Assembly: GCA_910592345.1 (NCBI GenBank)
Contig: CAJVPI010000182.1
Span: 1-44,981 of the forward strand
Length of the DNA: 44,981 bases
Direction of reading: 5' to 3'
Source of the DNA: Paraglomus brasilianum
Lineage: Eukaryota
Positions within the stretch are counted from its first letter, which is position 1; each line of letters begins with the position of its first letter. The position numbers and the translations under genes were made by a program. The notes below the pieces were generated by a model, which had not been told where the DNA came from, made no database searches, and saw nothing but the letters and a program-made list of their open reading frames with translations. Of this stretch, positions 27,019 to 41,963 are shown piece by piece.

Positions 27019-27924
27019 TGCGACAATACAGACTATTGGGAAGGAAAGAAGAGAGGAGAAAGGAGTCTACTGACGATTCACATAAAAATTTTCGTTGTAA
27101 TCTTCAATATGCAATTCCAATTGGTGGAAAATCCCAGTCAAAAAATTTGGCGGGCGTGATATTCGTGGTCGTGGTATTAATATGAAGCAGGACGTTGAAA
27201 ACTGCGATTTGCTATTACATTAAATGTAACGCTCGCTATGACCTGTAAAGTATTTTTTGCGAGGATTAAGATTTTATATGTGACACATTGGGGGCATTAC
27301 TCTTCGTTACGTCCGCATCAGCCATTGTAAATATTCTTTTCAAATGCTCTCTAGCATTCTGTATTGATTACGGATGTCAAAAAGTTAATTTTACCAGGAG
27401 AATAAAGAAAAAAGTTAGTGGTGACCCAAGGAATAGTATTGGTAGAAAGAAGGGTTGCATTTATCCCTTCTGTTTCACTGACAGGAAGCAGACAAATTTC
27501 TATTGCTATCGCCAAGTACTTTTCTTCACATTTAAGCTATTAATTAACACTTACTATGACAAACACGTGCACAAAAGGACTTGTAGTTCTGACGCAGATG
27601 TGAGGAAGATGGTTTTTTACTTCAATTCTAGAAAGGACACATTAGCAAAAGCTTGTGAATTAGCTAATGGTGATGATGGCAAATTCCGTGAAACTGAAAG
27701 CGCGTTCTAGTGTAAATTTGAAATTCCGCGAACATGAGCAATTGACGATAATTTCTTTTCATGTACAAAAATCGCCTTGACATTATAGACGATACTCGAA
27801 CAATTAGTTTTCCGTTCAAAGTAATTTAACTTACATCTTTATAAATAATAATACGAAAGCAAATAATCCTGTTTCCAATCACTTAATCTAATAGAAAATA
27901 AACATTCAAATATCTAATCTAAAT

Positions 27925-31459
<3,535 letters not shown>

Positions 31460-31610
31460 TTTTCGGGATCAAAGTTCTACTCACAATTCCCATACATACC
31501 CTATTTGGACACGAATTTGTGTGACATCATATCATTGACATACATAGCACGTGATAATTTTATTGTGGTTTAAAATAAATACATGAACTAACAAATAATT
31601 TATGTAAGCT

Positions 31611-33980
31611 TTACTCCCAATCAATACCGTTCTCAATGCAGAGCTTTTTCGCATGAGGATGACCGGCCTTAGCAGCCTGTATCAAATATGGTTTCCCCGC
31701 ATCCCGGTCAACACCAATTTCGTTGATTCTTCCTGACCAGTAAATTTGTCCAACATTGAACTGCGCCGCCGAACTCCCATTGTCAGCAGCTTTGCAGAGA
31801 TAGTCAAATCCTAGTTTGACATCTCTGTGTGTACCATCCCCTTTCATAAGAGCTGCTCCGTAACGTAACTGACCGTCAGGATTGCCACCATCAGCGGCTT
31901 TTCGGAAGTGTTCGTTCGCTGCTTCCGAGTTCACCTCCAGGTTACCAAGTCCGCGATAATTGTATAGGCCGCAGTAATAGTGCGCTTTAGGGGTGTCAAT
32001 TTCTTGAAAGATTTTATATGCTATATCATAACTTGCACTGGAATGAGCTTTGAGAGCATCTTCGATGCTTGGTCCGGTATTATCCCCGAGATCTATTAAC
32101 CCGTCTTCGTCAATTAAGTCGGAAAGCTCATCAACACCAACGCCTTTCTTCTTTTTATTCCCTCCCTGTAATTCTTTATTCGCCTCTACTAACTGCATGT
32201 AAATTTCAATTATAGTCGGACGTGAAATTGGATCCGGTGCCCAGGCTTTTTTGATAATTTCTGCATACTTTTCTGGTGTGTCTTTAGGAATTGGGTCGCG
32301 CAGTCCTTCCATTATTTTCCTAATTGCGTCGAATTCTTTGTCATTTTCGAATGGAATCTTGCCAGATGCTATCTCCCAAAGGAGATAGCCAACGTTGTAA
32401 ACATCAGCGCGCTTGTTGAATCGAAGTCTTGGGTTCTTGGCCCTTTCTTGCGGGGTCCAGCTAATAATTTTAATTCAGCAATAAATGTACGGTTACAAAA
32501 AGATTACGTTAATAGATTTAAAGCACCACATCACGTAGTAGGAAAAAGAGACATGAAATTGGCAGTGCTACTATGATTATGTAAACAAGTGGACTATTGT
32601 ACAAATTCGGTATATCAATAATGCACTTACCGTATCTTGTTAACGCCTGATCTTAGAGGTCGCGAAACTTCTGTTTCTGGCCTAGCAGAATGGAAATTAG
32701 TAATCTTGGGAGTGTAGTGCTCCCCGAGAAGGATATTCTGTGCTCGGAGATCATGATGTAGGAGTCCAACTTCGTGCATAAAACAAACACCCTGTACAAT
32801 GCCCAGCGCAATGGAATATCGTAGAGACCAATCCATGTTAGAGTGGTTAACCTGCATATGATCATAGAGGTACCCTGTGAACGCGGGATATGAATGAATT
32901 AGATAGCAGGAAACATCTACGCAATTATATTGCAGATTGTATATTTACCATATTGAGCATGTTCCATGAGCAAATGTAGTCGTGTATCAATCTTGAATAC
33001 ACCATAAAGCGTTATGATATTCTTGCACGGTTGTAATTGTTTTAAAATGGCCACATCTTTTTCTACTTCTTTCAATTCGGCATCAGTGACGTATCCCATG
33101 TCTTTTTGAAAAGCTGGTTGGTGGTGCCAAAGCACCGTCTTTAAATCCGATGCTATAGCGGAGTCGGCAAAACCAGCCGTATCCTGTTTGATATCCTTTG
33201 CTTCCAAACTCACTGAATTCAATATGCTCTGTTCGACTTCGCCCGTTTTGATCGAGTTCTGCAGACTAACCACGAGTTCCGTTACTTTGTCTAACTTGCC
33301 ATCAATACCGACAATACCCGTCTGAACCGTCTCCATGAATTCTTGCATTTTTTGGATATCATCGCTAATAATTGCAAGCTCTTTAGATATATCATTTCTC
33401 ATACTAGCAAGTGTATTCAGACCAAGGTCTTGGATGGCTACGTCAAATCGGCCAATAAGGCTTTCAGCATCTTCTTTCACCTATCGATCAACCCATTCGA
33501 AATTGATACATGTTAGCAAGTTTAGTTTATTAACATATACAGAAGTTACTCAATAATAATGGCAGCTGTTTGCTTACTGTCATTGCTTTCCAGTATTTCT
33601 TAAAACCCTTCGCATCGGTAATTTTTCTAACAAATTTTTCAATATCTTGGAGAACCTAACCAGATTTAATGCCTTAGTCAGAATGACCTCTTAAGCGCAT
33701 ATATAGGGTTTGTTCTCACTCTCACCTTCGCATACGCAATTAATGCGACATTGTTTTCTAAATCCTCTTTTTTATATTTTTCCAAAGTGTGCTGTGCGAT
33801 GACTATTCTATCTCTGAAAACATAACATGTTCGCACGTTGTGGTCTGCATTCTCAACAACCGCTACAATCGCCTCGAGTACTAAGAAAGTTTGCCCTAAT
33901 ATAGGGAAAGACCCAATATCCTGTATAATTCTGCCATATTTTAGTGCGGTATTGCACAGAGAAAGGATATTCTCGGCCAT
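31611..33980 (-). CDS. MLKL-NTD/HeLo-like four-helix bundle + TKL-type (pseudo)kinase + SEL1-like repeats; 5 exons
   Basis: N-terminus IVAVVENADHNVRTCYVFRDRIVIAQHTL...VLQDIEKFVRKITDAKGFKKYWKAMTVKEDAESLIGRFD fits the MLKL N-terminal pattern. Kinase motifs are HHDLRAQN, KITNFH, RWTPQE and DVYNVGYLLWEI. The C-terminus has AADGGNPDGQLRYG and AADNGSSAAQFNVG SEL1 repeats. The spliced frame is intact. Confidence 0.85.
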
Positions 33981-34591
33981 GTTGTTTGATATCAGCTGGC
34001 AAAGACTAAAATTCCGGCTCAGTTCTACTTCCGCTATCTGTCGAGAATTTAAAGAACTACATACGTGATACAGACTCGATGATGGTTTCACAGTAGTAGG
34101 AAGACTGTGTTTTTAAACTGGGATACGTGCAAACTTTAGCGTTTGTGGCGGGCAAGAAATCAAATCCATCAAAACTTTGCTTCCAAGTTCTAGTTTGTCA
34201 GATGAGGTTATAGGCATGAACTTTATGTGCGAAAATGAACTCAGCGAGCACTCGCTATGTATGATTTCTATCAAAGAAACACCCAGACGGTAAAAACAAT
34301 GTCAACATAACTCTGTCTCTTATTGGTTCCACTCTATCTAAATCGGGAACCGTCATTATGCCAAGATATGGTGGGAAATTGTGCAGATGACGGTATAACG
34401 CGGAAGACGTGCTAAATTATTATTATTGTTCATTATGAAGTGGTTACACTTAAAAGAAATCCCTTGTATATCATTGTCCACCCATATCGGGTTGGGCTGT
34501 GTCATATGTCCTTTGATTGGCTGATCATGGCATAATGTGAGATCAAACCTTCATTGTCATAAATTCTTTCGTTGTTATAGCTATACTAGGC

Positions 34592-35641
34592 ATGGTGCTG
34601 GCACTTCCAAATGAAATCATACAGTCTGTTTTGTTCTGGTTGAAGGAAAGTCCCGAAATTGGATTCAAATTGCATAATATATTTTATCAATGCGCACTTA
34701 TAAGCAAAGCATGGAATGTGAATACAACTCCCCTGCTTTATTCTCGTCCGTTTGTCGCTGAAGGAGAACGCAAATATCTCATCATTACAGCCTTGTTATC
34801 CTCTCTTGATACTAAGCATAGAACATTCCTGGAGACAAATAATGTTAATCTCTCCTGTCTTTACTCACGTCCGCTGTATAAATATTTATCATTCATCAAA
34901 CATTTGGACACTGATGAGATGTTTAGCTGTGTACGTAATTGGTATATTTGGACGGACCAGCATGGTGTCGAGTCAAATGTTAAACGTACGGTTCTTACAG
35001 CAATTCACGAGATAATGAGGGATCTGAACGTACGCTTGGAGACTTTGTATATGACAGATGATTGTGAATTTGCGCTTAATGCGTTAATAGAATATAAGGA
35101 CCTTTTTCGTCACACTAAAACACTAAGCATGCAAGCATGGAATTCTGGACACATCTTCAAAGAGCTCTCACAGTCTGTCAACAATTTGGTATGACATAAC
35201 GTTCTTTTCATATCTTCAAGTCATCTGCCCAATTATATTCTCCTTTTAAACTTATCATTTCTATAGGAGACTTTGAGGATAAACATTGAATTATACAAAT
35301 CAGCTCCTGAATATATCGCACTATTGTTTCGCTCCTTACCCTTATTGAAAACGGTCACTCTGATGAGCTCCGAATACTACGTTGAAGGCGTCTGCGGTTG
35401 GCTGATGAATCATCCAACTTTGCAGGAATTTCATGCAATTCTTCTTGAAGTCAATATGGAAGCTTTGAAGAAGCTTTTAACGTGTAAGGCATTAAACCGT
35501 TTGAAGTTAGAATTTTGTAAGGAAATGAGTGAGGAGGCGCAACTGTACTTGCAAACAAAAGGATTCATGTGTGAAGATACTGGACATTTAATAATATGGA
35601 GACATAAAAAAAGAGACTCTGCAGGACGGACGCGCGATTAA
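34592..35641 (+). CDS. F-box-like protein with C-terminal RNI/LRR-like repeats; 2 exons
   Basis: LPNEIIQSVLFWL...FYQCALISKAWNVNTTPLLYSRPF F-box-like start, YKYLSFIKHLD, and LxxLxL repeats. Intron ~35189-35266. Confidence 0.75.
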
Positions 35642-36251
35642 TTAATATTATTAAATACTTAAGACAAAATTCTGGAAATGCAGCAAAATGGTGAATCACG
35701 CAAATAGCGAATCCATTTTGGTGTGTCAAAATTGTCAATAGTACAGCACAGCTAGCTACTCTGTAAAGTGGGCCTCTGACTAATGTGACAATTGGATTGC
35801 CCTATATATCGAGAATGTGCTTGGTTTTCCGCCGCCAACAAACAATGAGATTTTTAGTGTCTTTGACTATGCTGTTCCTTGCGTGTTTCTTGATGTGAAT
35901 AGATTAGAATCAATAGATGTTATGTCTTAAAAAGATCCCATCGTGACATTTAGATTTGGATAGGAAATCGGTTCAATAATCTGAACATTGTCTGATGAGC
36001 GTGTCGACTATGTTTAACAATCAAATAGTTGTTTCCTTGACTCAATGTAGATATTAATGAGTTATTATAGAAGAGTTATTTAATTAATTGGCTGTGACAT
36101 TGTCTGAAGTTTTATTACGTGTTAAGTTGACCAAACGGAATGTGATTGCTATGTGCTCGGCGATTATCTTATAAACGTTAAGGCAAAGTTCTTACGAAAG
36201 ACTGGTGTTATTCTTTATTTTCTTAACAAATACGCGAACAATGTATAATCG

Positions 36252-37660
36252 TCACCTATTTCCTGGAATACTCTTAATCTCACTCTCTTCCTCTTCTTCC
36301 TCGTCAATCTCCTCATATTGTTCTTCGACTTCTTCATCAGCAACTTTAATCTCATACTTTTTGCCTCTTATTCCAAATATACCCCAATTACTGAAGATAC
36401 TGTCCCGTACGTCGTTCGCGTTTATATCTCTCTTTAAACTTCTAAATGGATTCTCTCCAGGCGTTAACAACCAGTCGTATTCAAGTTTTTTCTTACTACT
36501 TTCATTTATTTCTGCTTCTTCATCTACAGGCCACTCTTCGGCCTCTAAGGCTCTTACATCATCGGCCATGTCCTTCGCATCATACCCAGTGATGAAAACT
36601 GCGCATTTAGTACCTAGAATCTTCTTTAGAGACTTTGCCCAGGACAGCTTGCCATCCGGTTGCCCGAATCCAGGACTGAATAAGAAAAACACGTCCATGT
36701 ACGGATCAAATGGATAAAGAGAGTCATGGTGGTCGTGATAGGTAAGATTACTCCAGCTAAAGGATAGGCGTTGATTGAGGTGTTGGGTAAATGGTTGAGT
36801 ATGACGAGGAGGAAGAGCTTGCGGACCAATAAAATAAATATGGAAAGCGGTCATAGGAAAGAGATGAGAGAGTTGGAGGTATATATATGTAGGCAGGTAA
36901 CCTTCAGCACGTGAACCAACGATGAATATACGCATTATCTCGGCAGGACGAAGATGTTTGATGTCTCTGTTTTCTTGCATTGGGTAAAGTGTACTTCGGA
37001 GGGCTGGTATACAGGATGAGTAAACGAATAATGCAAAATATGAGAATAAACTATTGAGATTACATGTAATGCATTAGTTGTTACTAGTTACGAAAATAAT
37101 AGAACATATAAACAACATAACGTGACTGACCAAGCAACGACTTTAATCCTTCGGGTGTCAATCGGTTTTTCAAGGTGAATGGTCCATGTTTGTGAAGAAC
37201 TGCGGCTATAGTTATCGGGTAAGTCAATACTTTTGACACATGCCTCAATGATCTCTCGGAATCCGTAGTAGGAAAGTCACGAGTATATAAAAACACATCC
37301 CAATTCGCCATGTTGACCTCAATATCGTAGGGTTGAGCGCCTAAGAAAACAGAGGTGAAAACGGTTTGTAACTGAATTCATTGATAATTGCCTTTGTAAT
37401 GAACACACAAACGAAATTCGAGACACAATACCCGGAAACTCGAACTCCCGCAAATTCTTATTATTCTTTAAATAATTCTCATCTTCAATGGATTCTCGTA
37501 AATAGGCGCGGACTTCCTCATCTGAAAGGGGTTCGTTTTGTGGTTTTTGTTTTAGAAAGGAAAAAATAGGTCGAGTTAATGGTGGTAAAAATAAACCATA
37601 CGTAAACCGTGTGCGGATATATCTGCTTGGACGGAATGCGGGAAGAAGGCGACTCGACAT
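36252..37660 (-). CDS. MSS51: Mss51-family mitochondrial COX1 translational activator/assembly factor; 3 exons
   Basis: LREFEFPG, NMANWDVFLYTRDF, RSLRHVSKVLTYPITIAAVLH, RLTPEGLKSL, RIFIVGSRAE, FDPYMDVFFLFSPG, PGENPFRSLK and NWGIFGIRGKKY. Confidence 0.9.
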
Positions 37661-38644
37661 AGTGGCCAGAGAATTTTTGATAAAAAAGGTATAACGGAGA
37701 GATCTTAAAGATTATCTACTATTATTACTATTTCACCATAAATAATTGGCGATTGAAATCTATCACATGGACAAAAGCATAACGTTAACCACAATTTAGG
37801 GTCATCAAAACAACCCTCGGATCTTTGTCTTGGAACAATATTAATATTGACATGTCTCTGTCTAAAATAGCAGATTATACTCAAAGAGTTGTGGTAATTG
37901 GTCTGGCAGGACTAGCAGGTATAATTTAGACACTTTTGGGAGGATATGCATGACGGCGGCATCATTGTAAAAAGTTATTTAGCTTATGTTCCCTCTAAGT
38001 CTGGACTATGTATGGTGCAACAATTTCCGCCATATCACGATTAGAAAAAGTGAAGCAATTGAAAACGAACGAAGAACTGGTAAGTCTCTTTGAAAATAAT
38101 AGCCGGTATAGGAGCCTTACATTTACCTGGCAGTGTATTTCAGCAACAGATTAAAACGGATGCAGGAACGTACGTTTCCGACGAGTCTTCGTCATCTTCG
38201 CCATCATCAAATACGTAATGGGCTATTTTAATCGTTGCAAGTACTGCAACAGGGACAGATGTCAATACTCGCTGGCTGTCTATATAGTTACGATTCCACT
38301 GAAGGCTTTTTTCTTTGTGATAATGCAAGCATTGATCAAAGCACAAGATAAAATATAATGTTGGCCAAGTGAATCAAATTTTAGTGCCACGTAGTGATAT
38401 ATCGTATATCATTTTATATTTCGGTTGTTATCTAATTTATTGATTGCTAACGAGCTTGTTTAGAGAAATAAAATAATGCAAATGACCAGCTGGGTCATTA
38501 CTAATAAATTGACTTCCTCATCAGAACGAAAGCCTAATCTAAGCTGTTAGAATGATGAAGCAATGGCATTATATGGAAAACATGAATATTGAATGTCTTA
38601 ATTATCTGTATACCACTGACAATTGCAAAATTATAGTTTGTTTT

Positions 38645-39190
38645 CTAGACATTATAACCGATGAGTGATCGTCTACCGATGACCTCACCGATGAAGAAGA
38701 ATCCAGCTACTTCTACTGAGCGTATACCAATTCTCGCATAATCGTATAGGCTCAGTGATTTGATATATTTCCAACGTATTGTTTTTTGAAGATAAGTACG
38801 TGCTTCTTCTATTTGCGCAAGACTAGGAGGCGAAAGGTCTTCCCTCTTCCAAACTTCCTTTACAAGTTCCTTCACGACTGCAGCATTGTAGAGGATGGGT
38901 TTTCTAAGAGCTATTGACATCAAGCATTGGTGTTAAACGACCAATAACTCATACCGGGAAGAAATCCTCATTCTATATGCGCATTCTTATTCTCGTCGAT
39001 AAAATATCTCCATCGACATTTCTAAATAACAGAAAATACCTGTAGTTTTGGTGACCAAGTTTTGGACGCTTTTTGCAACTTGTCCAGATTTCTCAGCAAC
39101 AGCCGCAGTGGTGGATGCGAAGCGAATTTGCGAAGACCGGATGCCCTGTGTCCGGCTGAGTCTGACAGCGTTAAGTAATAGCGAAGCCAT
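38645..39190 (-). CDS. ATP20: Mitochondrial ATP synthase subunit g; 2 exons
   Basis: Presequence MASLLLNAVRLSR..RFAS, then YNAAVVKELVKEVWKREDLSPPS and EVAGFFFIGEVIGRRSLIGY (GxxxG). Confidence 0.95.
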
Positions 39191-39321
39191 TGGAAGATAA
39201 TCTATGGAATGCAGCAATTTCAACTTTTTTCTGTGGTTCAAAATTTTCTGTTTATTGAATGATCACTAATTGGTGCTATTCCGATGATGATCACCTGCAC
39301 AATTCTGTCGAAAACATTATA

Positions 39322-39471
39322 CACAGGCAAACTCGATAAGTCGGTCATGCATGATGGACCGACTTATCGAGAGATTTTAAATATTAAAACTGAGAAAAGG
39401 GCTTGGGAAGTTTTGGCCTTCTTAGGCCAAAATTGAATCATCGAGAGACCGACTTATCGAGTTTGCCTGTG
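39322..39471. mobile_element. 150-bp Tc1/pogo-type MITE in the ATP20 upstream region
   Basis: Perfect 25-bp TIRs cacaggcaaactcgataagtcggtc / gaccgacttatcgagtttgcctgtg with TA on both sides. Internal inverted TIR copy at ~39357-39371. Confidence 0.9.
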
Positions 39472-39779
39472 TATGTCAATAATTTTGATTTTGGAAACAA
39501 AATTTTACTGTATTTTATAATCGGGAATTTACCTGCCAGGTCGCACAACCTGCCAAGGTCGTACGAATTCGAATATTATGGGAATGAAATATTGGATAGT
39601 ACTCCGCTCGTTTATCAAAACAATTTTAATATCCCTAAATTAAAAGGAGAAATAGAATTTTTATTAAAATGCCAGGCGAAATTAGAGATTTAAAAGGGGA
39701 AATATGGCAATAAATGGTTTACTACGAGCAGCACAATTTTTAAGTCCTACCGAGTTAAGTGCACGCCGAATGGTTGAGA

Positions 39780-40410
39780 CAGAGATCCCAAGAAGAATAT
39801 AAAGAACTGATGGCATTTCTATTTTAGAAATCGATTCTGCACAGGGTTTTCTCAAAGCGTTTCAGCGCGATCAGTGGGAGCGCAATGTTGTTCTCCTTTT
39901 CGATGAGTTTGATGCATTATTTTGACATTATACAAGATGGTAAAATTTCGTAGAATTTGATTTTATCGTGAAAAACGGAATGTCATTCACTACGGCATGG
40001 TGGAAGATATATAGTTGCCATTTGCCAAACTTTGATGACAATCAAAAGAGAGAGATTGAGGATGCGACCGGCTGTATCCCTCTCCTTATATGGAAGAACA
40101 ATTATAGAAGAGTCGCGTTTGCATGATCCACCAAACGCTAATGATTAGATTGGATAGCAGTGTTCGCTGGTCTTATTGGTTGGGTAAATTATCAGCATTG
40201 GATATTCAAAGTAAACGGGTTTTCAAAGATTTTACTAAATATTTTATTGAGTGGGCAGAATTGACGAGACTACCAGACGATGACTTTACTATCACTTTCG
40301 AATACAAGGTGGAAGGCATCCGTGATAGTATAAAATCGGGATTCCAATTATCTATAATAATATTCATATACGCCCACAGATTCCCCTACACAGATTCATC
40401 TCCATGTAGA
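39780..40410 (+). pseudogene. Degraded P-loop NTPase / Crinkler-family-like gene relics
   Basis: IDSAQGFLKAFQRDQWERNVVLLFDEFDALF (Walker B-like) and EIEDATGCIPLL fragments in broken frames. Confidence 0.4.
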
Positions 40411-40664
40411 TAATGTTAAGGCGTGCAAATGTCTTAAATGGTATTATTATCATATTATGTATTCAAATTTGTAAATATCGGTATTAGACATTTGTGACAA
40501 TATCATAAACGAGTTAGGATTCGAATTCAAGGCTATGTCAAAGAAATGTTATTATCAAACGTTAGTCTGCACTAGTTCATTGTTATTAAAGAATTGACAT
40601 TGGGTGAATTTGAACTTACGACGTAAAAGTGAATCATGATGTTGAGCAAAGAACGATTAAAATA

Positions 40665-40880
40665 AATCATACGATCAAAACGCGTCGTACCATTGAATCA
40701 TGCGATTAGGACGAATCGTGTCATTAAATAATACAATTAAAATAAATCATAGAATCATACGATTAAACGAGTCGTACCATTGAATAAACAAATCATGCCA
40801 CACTGAATCATACGATCAAACGAATCGCATACAATTGAATATCATACGTTAAAACAAATCGTATCATTGAATATCATACC
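40665..40880. repeat. Degenerate ~30-bp tandem minisatellite with internal palindrome
   Basis: aatcatacgat(c/t)aaacg(a/c)(a/g)tcgtaccattg-like units, about 6 copies. Confidence 0.75.
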
Positions 40881-41963
40881 ACTACTACTAACTCATAATA
40901 TCAGTAGAACAATCCGGAATCGTCCGATGTTGAATCAGAAGCTGATACTCAACGTCTATGATATAATACGACTGTTAGAATCGCTCCTTACAAACTGTCA
41001 TTTTAACAAGTAATTAAAAAATATGATTTGAAACACACATCCAGACTGTATTTGACACGATTAATCACCATTATTATTACAATAAATCAAGAATTCCTCA
41101 CTGCTACAAACGCCTTAAACCTTCCCTCGAAAACATCAAAGCCTTCATGAGTCTGACTGATATGCAAATTAACCTCCAGTTTGATCTTTCTGCTGTCAAT
41201 ATAACCAAGCCGCGAAGCATTGAGTTGATGTAAGTGCTGCTCCTTCTTGCCAAAAAAATATAAACACCTTGTCTGTGTGTTGCAACAGGCGATGGAGCAA
41301 TGCAGAATCACTATTCAGCGGCGAGTAAATCATTAAGCCTGATATTACGTGCAGCAACTGCTCTTATCATACATATCCCGAATTCTATCCCTATCTTTAT
41401 GATGCTAACAATAAAAATGATCCAATATCGAAGCAATCATCTACAAAAATGAAGTAGCAAGTCAATATATCACTGAAATGAGGATCGGAGCAAGTGCTCA
41501 ATGGCTGGAGTAACAAAGGAAGACAGTAAAGGAAGAAAAGAAAAGGAAACAATAACAATACCATGAGTAACGAAAGGACAATCGATGCAAGACAAGCGAC
41601 TAGAGAAATCAGGGTAGGTAAGCACAATATAGGAGTGAGCTAGAATGAACGAAACAATAAAGCAATGGAACAATACCATGAATACGAAAAGACAACCAAT
41701 GCAATGCAAGCAACTAGAGAATAAGCACAATATAGAAGTGAATTACTCAGTTCCAGGCACGAATTACAAGATTCAAGCTCTATGCTGTCTAACCATACAT
41801 GGGAATATTATGGCCTGTACACCTGGCTGGTAATTATGTTTTTAATATTCTATTACTATTGCAGTTATGTTGTACCACCATAGGGGATTGCTCTTGTAAC
41901 ACGGAGCATTCATGTCCAAATAGTAAATATCGTCTTGCCCTCCCCTGATAATGTTTATCGAAT

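Noticed and set aside
41397..41833. Hydrophobic minus-strand ORFs suggesting a membrane protein or an upstream exon of the kinase
   Set aside because: They arise from A-rich low-complexity sequence on the plus strand; no splice or homology support.
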